32,000 nucleotides of DNA. Source: Microcystis aeruginosa NIES-843. GTDB taxonomy: Bacteria; Cyanobacteriota; Cyanobacteriia; Cyanobacteriales; Microcystaceae. The notes beneath the pieces were generated by a model, which was not told the origin of the DNA, ran no database searches, and saw only the letters and a list, made by a program, of their open reading frames with translations. The DNA lies in assembly GCF_000010625.1 (NCBI RefSeq), contig NC_010296.1, positions 3,810,001-3,842,000 on the forward strand, given 5' to 3'. This document shows, piece after piece, positions 24,222-31,475 of the stretch. Within the stretch, counting starts at the first letter, position 1. Each line of letters opens with the position of its first letter. Position numbers and translations under genes: made by a program.

Positions 24222-25439
24222 ATGATTCATCAACCCCCGGCGGGGACAAGGGATTTATTACCCCTAGAAGTTACCCAAAAAGGCTGGATTAACGATCGCC
24301 TTCAGTCTGTCTTTCAGCGTTGGGGCTATCAAAGGATCGTCACCTCCACCATTGAATGGCTCGATACCCTCACCGCAGGCGGTGCGATCGATCCCAGCAC
24401 CGTGATCCAACTCCACGGGGATAGTCAAGGACTATCGGGATTACGCCCCGAATTAACCGCTTCCATTGCCCGCAGTGCCGTCACCCGCATGAGTGGGGAG
24501 TCCTATCCCCAACGTCTCTGTTATCGGGCCAACGTTTTTCGTCGCCCTAGCGCCGGTTATCACGGTCGTCAAGTGGAATTCTATCAAGCGGGGGTAGAAC
24601 TGCTCTTTTCTGGCGGTTTACTAGCTGATGCCGAGATTTTACTGCTCCTGGCCGACTGTTTCGATAGTTTGGCCGTCCCTAACTGGCAGATTATTTTAGG
24701 AGAAGCGGGTTTGACTCGTTCGCTACTTTCTCCCTTTCCGGCTCCCTTACGCGAACAGGTGAAACGCTGTTTAGCCCTCCTCGACTACGTTAGCCTCGAA
24801 AATCTTCCCTATCCCAACGAAACCCTCCGGCAGCAAGCCCGACAATTATTTCACCTGCGCGGTAATCCTGAGGATGTCCTCGCACAAGTGGCCCTATTAG
24901 CCCAGGAAGAATCAGCCCAAAAAGCCGTTAATAACCTTAAATCCCTAGTAGAGCTGCTTAATGCCGATCGCTCTGGGCCTTTCCCCCTAATTCTCGATTT
25001 AAGTCTGATTCAAACCTTTGATTACTACACCGGCATCGTTTTTAAGGCGGTTAGTGATCACCAGCAAAATCTCAGTATTTTAGGCCAGGGCGGACGCTAT
25101 GATCAATTATTGGGCGTTTTTCATCCCCAGGGCCAATCGGCTCCGGGTATCGGTTTTTCCCTGAATATCGAAGAACTGCACGAAAGTTTATTATCGGGGC
25201 AGACTTTACCCACTCAAGCTGCCCCCCTCGACTGGTTACTTATCCCTTTGGGTAATAACGCCCAGATAGCGACTTTTAGTAAGGCTCGCTCCCTTCGCAA
25301 CGGTGATCCTAATCTGAGGGTGGCGATCGATTTAGGGGGTCGCAGCGAGGCACAAATTCGTACCTATGCCCGCGATCGAATGATTAAAAATCTCGCCTGG
25401 GTGCAGGAAGATGGTTCCGTGAGCGAAGAATCTCTCTAA
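24222..25439 (+). CDS. hisZ: ATP phosphoribosyltransferase regulatory subunit HisZ (HisRS paralogue)
   Basis: MIHQPPAGTRDLLP start, EFYQAGVELL, GQGGRYDQLL and PGIGFSLNIEEL (the GFS..L pattern is HisZ-like rather than HisS-like). The track start at 24087 lies inside the IS end and is rejected. Confidence 0.8.
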   Translation: MIHQPPAGTRDLLPLEVTQKGWINDRLQSVFQRWGYQRIVTSTIEWLDTLTAGGAIDPSTVIQLHGDSQGLSGLRPELTASIARSAVTRMSGESYPQRLCYRANVFRRPSAGYHGRQVEFYQAGVELLFSGGLLADAEILLLLADCFDSLAVPNWQIILGEAGLTRSLLSPFPAPLREQVKRCLALLDYVSLENLPYPNETLRQQARQLFHLRGNPEDVLAQVALLAQEESAQKAVNNLKSLVELLNADRSGPFPLILDLSLIQTFDYYTGIVFKAVSDHQQNLSILGQGGRYDQLLGVFHPQGQSAPGIGFSLNIEELHESLLSGQTLPTQAAPLDWLLIPLGNNAQIATFSKARSLRNGDPNLRVAIDLGGRSEAQIRTYARDRMIKNLAWVQEDGSVSEESL

Positions 25440-25451
25440 AAGGGGGCAAAA

Positions 25452-25481
25452 GCAGCGGAAATACTGCCTTCTGCCCGCTGC
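25452..25481 (+). terminator. Hairpin 13 nt after the hisZ stop (weak terminator candidate)
   Basis: GCAGCGG-16 nt-CCGCTGC: 7-bp stem with no U-tract. Confidence 0.3.
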
Positions 25482-25517
25482 TATAGGACTCTATCTAGGG
25501 TTTGCGGCAAAAAGTAC

Positions 25518-25583
25518 GGGCGAAGCATTCGGGCAATAACCTATCGGTGAAACCGTAGATTTTTTATCCGAATGCTTCGCCCC
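25518..25583. repeat. Long inverted repeat GGGCGAAGCATTCGG ... CCGAATGCTTCGCCC (15-bp perfect arms, ~35-nt spacer)
   Basis: The arms are exact reverse complements, read directly. MITE- or REP-like. Confidence 0.7.
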
Positions 25584-25829
25584 TACAGGACGGGGGCCGA
25601 TGAAAACGCAAGGTTTTGAAGCACGATTCCCTCAAAATCTTGCACCTGTTTCGCGAGAATAGACCTCGTTTCCAAACATAAACCAGAAGAGCCGTTCAAA
25701 AAACTTTATAAATAATATTGATTGGTTTGTTTATAATAACCCCCATTAATACCCACTGAAACCATAATAAATCATAAGCAAAAATCAATGTTAATAATCG
25801 ATTCTAATCTATACCAGAGATGAACGTGG

Positions 25830-25854
25830 GTTGGGTTAAAGCATGAAACCCAAC
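25830..25854. repeat. Hairpin GTTGGGTT-9 nt-AACCCAAC
   Basis: 8-bp perfect stem. This type of GGTTGGGTT...AACCCAAC hairpin is a common cyanobacterial dispersed repeat in my recollection. Confidence 0.4.
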
Positions 25855-25961
25855 GCTGACGGCGATGATTGAGCCGCTTCTTGGCATGGTAACGACTAGG
25901 GCTGTCCCAAGTGCGGGAAACGGCGATTTTAAAATTTTTACTCTTTATTCAGGAAAAAATC

Positions 25962-26114
25962 ATGTCAACTCCTTTTTTGGTCAAAGATATCCTTCCCGGT
26001 GCCTTTAACTCCTACCCCAAATATCTGACGGCATTATATAGTTTTACCAATAAATGTCAGAACAAAGATGTAGATGTAGGTTGCTCTAATGGGAAGTTTT
26101 GTGACGACAAGTAG
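25962..26114 (+). pseudogene. N-terminal fragment of an ELWxxDGT-repeat-type exoprotein gene
   Basis: MSTPFLVKDILPGAFNSYPKYLTAL... matches the family N-terminus (LVKDIxPGxxSSxPxYLT) and then degenerates into an unrelated tail. The leader and first ~25 codons recur at 31264-31361. Confidence 0.5.
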
Positions 26115-26184
26115 CATTGATGATATTTATGGGGAATAATAGATTTAGATGAGTGCCTAACTTTCCAATTGGTAGCGACTCGCC

Positions 26185-27255
26185 ATGAAACAACCAACCG
26201 CCAATTATGATGAACCCTGGAAAGAAGCATTAACCGAATATTTTGAAGCGTTTTTACATTTCTTCTTTCCTGAAGTTCACCAACTAATTGATTGGACAAA
26301 AATTCCCGAATCCCTAGAAAAAGAACTCAAACGGATTACCGCTTCAGCAAAGACAAAAAAACGTTTCGCTGACAAACTCTATAAAGTCTGGTTACTCAGG
26401 GGTGAAGAAGTCTGGATTTTGATTCATATTGAAATTCAAAGTCAATACGAAGAAAATTTCCCTCAGAGGATGTATATTTATAACTATCGGGCCTTTGATT
26501 TGTATCAGAAACCAGTTATCAGTCTCGCTATATTAGGGGATGAACGAGTAAATTGGCGACCAGATTCCTATAATTATACTATCGCTGGTTGTGAAGTCAG
26601 CCTCAAATTCCCAACGGTTAAATTACTGGACTATGAGGAAAGCTGGTCAGAACTAGAAACAAGTAGCAATCCTTTTGCGATAATAGTGATGGCACACCTA
26701 AAAACGAAAGCGACTACTGGGAAGCTGCCACAACGGGAACAGTGGAAGTGGAAGTTAATCAGGGGATTATATGAAAAGGAGTTCGAGAGAGAACAGATAA
26801 TTAAACTGTTTGAAATCATCGACAATATGATGACTTTATCCCCTGAATTACAGTCAAGCTTAGAGAGTAAAATCAAACAATTTGAAGAGGAAAGAACCAT
26901 GCCTTTAATGAGTAATATGGAGTTACGAGGAATAGAACGCGGTAAAGAAATAGGCAAGGAAATTGGTAAGGAAATTGGGGAGTTACGAGGGATAGAACGC
27001 GGTAAAGAAATAGGCAAGGAAATTGGTAAGGAAATTGGTAAGGAAATTGGTAAGGAAATTGGTAAGGAAATTGGAGCGTTAGAAAATGCTCGTAACTATG
27101 TTAAAACGGTGCTGAAAACGCGATTGGGTGATATTCCAATAGAAATTGAGCAAGCTGTGGATAAAATTTCTGTATTATCGATTTTAGACGAGTTACTGAA
27201 ATCGGCATTAACCGTTAATTCTTTTGATGAGTTGCATCAACTTTTAGAACAATAG
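26185..27255 (+). CDS. Rpn-family PD-(D/E)XK recombination-promoting nuclease / putative transposase with DUF4351-like tail (copy 1, 356 aa)
   Basis: ANYDEPWKEAL...FADKLYKVWLL...WILIHIEIQSQYE core typical of YhgA/Rpn-like proteins abundant in cyanobacteria, followed by a (GKEI)9 hinge and a C-terminal helical tail. Confidence 0.75.
   Translation: MKQPTANYDEPWKEALTEYFEAFLHFFFPEVHQLIDWTKIPESLEKELKRITASAKTKKRFADKLYKVWLLRGEEVWILIHIEIQSQYEENFPQRMYIYNYRAFDLYQKPVISLAILGDERVNWRPDSYNYTIAGCEVSLKFPTVKLLDYEESWSELETSSNPFAIIVMAHLKTKATTGKLPQREQWKWKLIRGLYEKEFEREQIIKLFEIIDNMMTLSPELQSSLESKIKQFEEERTMPLMSNMELRGIERGKEIGKEIGKEIGELRGIERGKEIGKEIGKEIGKEIGKEIGKEIGALENARNYVKTVLKTRLGDIPIEIEQAVDKISVLSILDELLKSALTVNSFDELHQLLEQ
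26920..27072 (+). repeat. In-frame coding microsatellite: 12-nt unit GGTAAGGAAATT (GKEI), 3 + 6 units, embedded in a 60-nt duplication
   Basis: The units occupy 26941-26976 and 27001-27072. The segment 26920-26979 is repeated at 26980-27039. Confidence 0.95.
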
Positions 27256-27276
27256 TCTCAGGAATTTTCTTCTCCA

Positions 27277-27474
27277 ATGAACCCAACAACTGCCAATTAT
27301 GATGAACCCTGGAAAGAAGCATTAAGCGAGTATTTTGAAGCGTTTTTATGCTTCTTCTTTCCTGAAGTTCACCAACTAATTGATTGGACAAAAATTCCCG
27401 AATCCCTGGAAAAAGAACTCAAACGGATTACCGCTTCAGCTAAGACAAAAAAACGTTTCGCTGACAAACTCTAT
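27277..27474 (+). pseudogene. Rpn-family copy 2, N-terminal 66 codons only
   Basis: Nearly identical to 29322-29519. Homology stops after ...FADKLY, where a TCAGTTA heptamer tract and the IS630 element begin. Confidence 0.85.
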
Positions 27475-27495
27475 TCAGTTATCAGTTACCAGTTA
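27475..27495. repeat. Heptamer tract (TCAGTTA)x3; continues as TCAGTTA TCAGTGA at 28729-28742 on the other side of the IS
   Basis: Read directly. The reconstructed pre-insertion site has 5 heptamers. Confidence 0.8.
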
Positions 27496-28726
27496 AGCTT
27501 TTACGCATTTAAGTTACATTGACAGCATTACCCTTATTTTTAAGTTTTCTACTCCATTTAATAATCAATCCCCCTTCATTTAAAAGCTGATTGACTACTT
27601 TTTCCAGTTCTTCTTTATTTTCAAATTCTCGATTAGCTATGTATTCTTTAGCGGAATGCCACACTAATTCTATTAGGTTGTAATCTGGACTATAAGCTGG
27701 TAAAAACTCTAGCCTAATATTGGGCAACTCTTTTTCCACCTGCTCAATAACATCTTTCTTTTTGTGATAACTAGCATTGTCTAATATAATGATAATCTTC
27801 GGCCCCTTTTCTCGAAAATCTTCGGGCAGATTTCCCAAGTTTATCCATTCTTGACGAATCTCTTCATGAAGTTTCTTTAATTGTTCATGGAAAGTTTCTG
27901 AATTTCCTTTTTTGATCATAAAACAGACTCTTTTTTTATCATTATATCTTAAGGCTCCCATCACATTCACCCTTCCTCTTTTTCTTTGCCCATTCACTTT
28001 TTTTCGCTTTCCTTTTTTTGTCCAAGCTCTCCTTCTTATTACTCTCAAACTAAATCCACACTCATGAGGGGCTGTGTGGCGAACCTGCGTCGCCACCTTG
28101 AAAGCCCCGTCCCAAAACCATACCTGGATTGACTCTGGCTTTTCTTTCGCTAACTTTAAATATTCATCTAATTTTTCTTTAAATGCTTTTCTTAATTTCT
28201 TGTCTTGCTTATCTTCTAGACTATATTTTGCCCAGATATACACATACTTTTTTCTTCTCAATATTCTTCTCACTTGCGAGCCACTCAGTTTAATTCCTGT
28301 TTCCTTTTCTAGATGCTCTGCTAATCTTGCCGCTGTCCATCTCCCGAATTCATATCCCAATTCCTTCGGGTCTTCATCAACTATTTTCAATAGTAAATTA
28401 ATATATTCCTCTGTGGCTTTTTTATGATTTCCATTTTTTCTACCATCTTCTAGACTTTCTATATTGTTAGGATCGCCATGAACACACCAAGGGGCGACTG
28501 TTTTGAGTGAACAGCCAATAAACTCAGCTATTTCTCGTTGAGTTTTTCCGTCGTTTAGCAAGAGAAACATTAAAATTCTTTCCCTAACCTCTGCTCTTTC
28601 TTCTTCTTTAAGAGCTTTTTGTAAGTTTTTCTTTTCTTCTAAGTCTAGGAAATCTTTGGCTGGCATAAGTAGGATTTTTCTCAAGTTACTATTTCTATTT
28701 TAGGTGGTTTAAGTGCGTTTTAGCTT
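27496..28726 (-). mobile_element. IS630-family insertion sequence (1231 bp) with TA target duplication
   Basis: Imperfect terminal inverted repeats AGCTTTTACGCATTTAAG / rc AGCTAAAACGCACTTAAA, flanking TA at 27494-95 and 28727-28, and a single transposase ORF. Confidence 0.85.
27509..28684 (-). CDS. IS630-family DDE transposase (with a 15-aa insert at the first catalytic D)
   Basis: N-terminal HTH (GKTQREIAEFIGCSLKTV), WFWD...ECGFSL, IIILDNASYH and PAYSPDYNLIELVW (the DD(35)E pattern of IS630/Tc1). Confidence 0.88.
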   Translation of the reverse strand: MRKILLMPAKDFLDLEEKKNLQKALKEEERAEVRERILMFLLLNDGKTQREIAEFIGCSLKTVAPWCVHGDPNNIESLEDGRKNGNHKKATEEYINLLLKIVDEDPKELGYEFGRWTAARLAEHLEKETGIKLSGSQVRRILRRKKYVYIWAKYSLEDKQDKKLRKAFKEKLDEYLKLAKEKPESIQVWFWDGAFKVATQVRHTAPHECGFSLRVIRRRAWTKKGKRKKVNGQRKRGRVNVMGALRYNDKKRVCFMIKKGNSETFHEQLKKLHEEIRQEWINLGNLPEDFREKGPKIIIILDNASYHKKKDVIEQVEKELPNIRLEFLPAYSPDYNLIELVWHSAKEYIANREFENKEELEKVVNQLLNEGGLIIKWSRKLKNKGNAVNVT

Positions 28727-28745
28727 ATCAGTTATCAGTGACTAA

Positions 28746-29300
28746 TTGGAAGCAAGTAGTAATCCTTTTGCGATAATAGTGATGGCACACCTGAAAACAA
28801 AAGCGACTACTGGGAAGCTGCCACAACGGGAACAGTGGAAGTGGAAGTTAATCAGGGGATTATATGAAAAGGAGTTCGAGAGAGAACAGATAATTAAACT
28901 GTTTGAAATCATCGACAATATGATGACTTTATCCCCTAAATTACAGTCAAGCTTAGAGAGTAAAATCAAACAATTTGAGGAGGAAAGAACCATGCCTTTA
29001 ATGAGTAATATGGAGTTACGAGGGATAGAACGCGGTAAGGAAATTGGTAAGGAAATTGGGGAGTTACGAGGAATAGAACGCGGTAAAGAAATAGGCAAGG
29101 AAATTGGTAAGGAAATTGGAGCGTTAGAAAATGCTCGTAACTATGTTAAAACGGTGCTGAAAACGCGATTGGGTGATATTCCAATAGAAATTGAGCAAGC
29201 TGTGGATAAAATTTCTGTATTATCGATTTTAGACGAGTTACTGAAATCGGCATTAACCGTTAATTCTTTTGATGAGTTGCATCAACTTTTAGAACAATAG
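28746..29300 (+). pseudogene. Rpn-family copy 2, C-terminal ~184 codons (could still be translated as a stand-alone C-module)
   Basis: From SSNPFAIIVMAHLK onward it matches copy 1, including the tail ...SFDELHQLLEQ. The (GKEI) count is 2 + 3. The track ORF begins at a TTG. Confidence 0.8.
29034..29117 (+). repeat. Coding microsatellite (GKEI) 2 + 3 units
   Basis: Units at 29034-29057 and 29082-29117, separated by the ELRGIER-coding 24 nt. Confidence 0.95.
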
Positions 29301-29321
29301 TCTCAGGAATTTTCTTCTCCA

Positions 29322-30284
29322 ATGAACCCAACAACTGCCAATTATGATGAACCCTGGAAAGAAGCATTAAGCGAGTATTTTGAAGCGTTTTTATGCTTCT
29401 TCTTTCCTGAAGTTCACCAACTAATTGATTGGACAAAAATTCCCGAATCCCTGGAAAAAGAACTCAAACGGATTACCGCTTCAGCTAAGACAAAAAAACG
29501 TTTCGCTGACAAACTTTATAAAGTCTGGTTACTCAGGGGTGAAGAAGTGTGGATTTTGATTCATATTGAAATTCAAAGTCAATACGAAGAAAATTTCCCT
29601 CAGAGGATGTATATTTATAACTATCGGGCCTTTGATTTGTATCAGAAACCAGTTATCAGTCTCGCTATATTAGGGGATGAACGAGTAAATTGGCGACCAG
29701 ATTCCTATAATTATACTATCGCTGGCTGTGAAGTGAGGTTGAAATTCCCAACGGTTAAATTACTGGACTATGAGGAAAACTGGTCAGAACTAGAAACAAG
29801 TAGCAATCCTTTTGCTATAATAGTCATGGCACACCTGAAAACAAAAGCGACTACTGGGAAGCTGCCAGAACGGGAACAGTGGAAGTGGAAGTTAATCAGG
29901 GGATTATATGAAAAGGAGTTCGAGAGGGAACAGATAATTAAACTGTTTGAAATCATCGACAATATGATGACTTTATCCCCTGAATTGCAGTCAAGTTTAG
30001 AAAGTAAAATCAAACAATTTGAGGAGGAAAGAACCATGCCTTTAATGAGTAATATGGAGTTACGAGGAATCGAACGCGGTAAGGAAATTGGAGCGTTAGA
30101 AAATGCTCGTGATTTTGTGAAAAAAGTTTTGGAAAACCGACTAGGTGATATCCCTGGAGATATTGGACAATGTCTCAATGATGCTTCAGTTATTTCGGTT
30201 TTAGAAGAGATGTTAAAAGCCGCACTTATAGTAAATTCTTTTGAGGAGTGTAGGAAGTCTTTTAGTATCATCATAAATAAGTAG
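29322..30284 (+). CDS. Rpn-family PD-(D/E)XK nuclease / putative transposase (copy 3, 320 aa)
   Basis: The N-domain is nearly identical to copy 1. It has a single GKEI unit (30078-30089) and a divergent tail ...DFVKKVLENRLGDIPGDIGQCLNDASVISVLEEMLKAALIVNSFEECRKSF. Confidence 0.75.
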   Translation: MNPTTANYDEPWKEALSEYFEAFLCFFFPEVHQLIDWTKIPESLEKELKRITASAKTKKRFADKLYKVWLLRGEEVWILIHIEIQSQYEENFPQRMYIYNYRAFDLYQKPVISLAILGDERVNWRPDSYNYTIAGCEVRLKFPTVKLLDYEENWSELETSSNPFAIIVMAHLKTKATTGKLPEREQWKWKLIRGLYEKEFEREQIIKLFEIIDNMMTLSPELQSSLESKIKQFEEERTMPLMSNMELRGIERGKEIGALENARDFVKKVLENRLGDIPGDIGQCLNDASVISVLEEMLKAALIVNSFEECRKSFSIIINK

Positions 30285-30310
30285 GGTGGGTAATACCTAC
30301 CTTACTTAGT

Positions 30311-30688
30311 AAACTGTTTGAAATCATCGACAATATGATGACTTTATCCACTGAATTGCAGTCAAGTTTAGAAAGTAGAATCAAACAATTTGAGGAGGAA
30401 AGAACCATGCCTTTAATGAGTAATATGGAGTTACGAGGAATAGAACGCGGTAAGGAAATTGGTAAGGAAATTGGTAAAGAAATAGGCAAGGAAATTGGGG
30501 CGTTACAAAAAAGCCGCGATGCCATAAAAACAGTTTTAACTGTGCGGTTTGGAGCGATTTCTTCAGAAATTGAAGAGATAATCGGCAAAATGACTAACCC
30601 TACTATCTTAGAAGAGCTACTAAAATTAGCAGCTACCGCTAATTCTCTCGCAGAATTTAAGCAGTCTTTGGCAAAAATCAATATCTAG
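30311..30688 (+). pseudogene. Rpn-family copy 4: 3' module only (homology starts at KLFEIIDNMMTLS); ORF 30335-30688 intact
   Basis: Begins abruptly after a short hairpin (30278-30304). It carries (GKEI)4 and a third tail variant ...ALQKSRDAIKTVLTVRFGAISSEIEEIIGKMTNPTILEELLKLAATANSLAEFKQSLAKINI. Confidence 0.75.
30449..30496 (+). repeat. Coding microsatellite (GKEI)x4
   Basis: Four 12-nt units read directly. Confidence 0.95.
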
Positions 30689-30702
30689 AAAACGGGTTTC
30701 TT

Positions 30703-30735
30703 AGAAAACGGGTTTCTTTGAGAAACCCGTTTTCT
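30703..30735 (+). terminator. Strong intrinsic terminator closing the Rpn array
   Basis: AGAAAACGGGTTTCT-ttg-AGAAACCCGTTTTCT: perfect 15-bp stem followed by GTAAATTTTTG. The left arm is also tandemly duplicated at 30688-30702. Confidence 0.8.
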
Positions 30736-30816
30736 GTAAATTTTTGTTATATCCCCCTTGAAAAATTCGGGATTCTTTGCACAAAATAGTCGCATTAATC
30801 TTTTGCGGTCAGTGTC

Positions 30817-31158
30817 ATGACTTCTACCCTGTTGCCGAGCTTTCCTGCTGTTGACGATGTTTTGTTCAATTTCGCTCAATCTGATGGCTTGAGTCAAGCT
30901 AATCAGGTGAATAGTGTGAGAAATCAGCGTTTAACCGCACCCGAATTAAATACCGTAGTTTTCCTCGATGCTGGTGTTAGCGATTATCAAAGTCTCCAAG
31001 CTGGGGTAATTCCAGAAGTCGCCACCGTTATTCTCTCTCCCAATCAAGACGGAATCGAACAAATATCCGCTTTTTTACCACTGTTGAAACCTCAGATTTG
31101 TCGGATTTGCAGACATCTGGGGTTTTTCAGCCAGATATACCCTTCTTTGCCGGCTTAA
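30817..31158 (+). pseudogene. N-terminal fragment of a DUF4347-type giant exoprotein gene
   Basis: LNTVVFLDAGVSDYQSLQAGVIPEVATVILSPNQDGIEQISAFL matches the DUF4347 pattern (vvFID..V.dyq.L..gv......v.L....dG..QI...L). The similarity ends near 31077, and the ORF then runs into a MITE at 31158. Confidence 0.6.
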
Positions 31159-31244
31159 GTACCTAAGCAAAATTAATTACACAAATCTAACCCCCCCTTG
31201 CCCCTTGCCTATCTCCACTAGGAAATTTATTTTGCACCACTACT
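31158..31244. mobile_element. 87-bp MITE of the AGTACCTAAGCAAAAT family with TA duplication
   Basis: Termini AGTACCTAAGCAAAAT ... ATTTTGCACCACTACT, with TA at 31156-57 and 31245-46. Confidence 0.75.
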
Positions 31245-31282
31245 TAATTGTTTAATTTTCACCCTTTATTCAGGAAAAAATC

Positions 31283-31399
31283 ATGTCAATTCCTTTTTTA
31301 GTTAAAGATATCTTCCCCGGTTTATCTGGCTCCTTCCCCAGCTATCTAACGACGCTGGGCAATACCCTGTACTTCCAGGCCCGGGACGGCGTGAACTAA
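31283..31399 (+). pseudogene. Second N-terminal fragment of an ELWxxDGT-repeat-type exoprotein gene (38 codons)
   Basis: MSIPFLVKDIFPGLSGSFPSYLTTLGNTLYFQARDGVN-stop. The stop falls just before where the first ELWxxDGT motif would be expected. Confidence 0.55.
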
Positions 31400-31475
31400 A
31401 CTATATATATATAGCACCGCCAAGTCGGCTAGGACAAGTGGGGGGCGGCAAATTCCCGCAATGCTTAAGCTTTTT

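Noticed and set aside
26941-27072. Possibility that the 12-nt repeats are a CRISPR-like array
   Set aside because: The units are contiguous with no spacers and only 12 nt long. They are in frame inside a conserved protein, and no cas genes are present.
26631-30681. Minus-strand ORFs across the Rpn copies (26631-27017, 28742-29098, 29768-30274, 30271-30681) with PISLPISLP repeats
   Set aside because: They are mirror images of the GKEI microsatellite and of the conserved + strand genes. They recur only because the + strand genes are duplicated, and no motif supports them.
30685-30897. 70-aa minus-strand ORF overlapping the Rpn-array terminator
   Set aside because: It includes the 15-bp terminator hairpin and overlaps the DUF4347 fragment start, with no supporting features.
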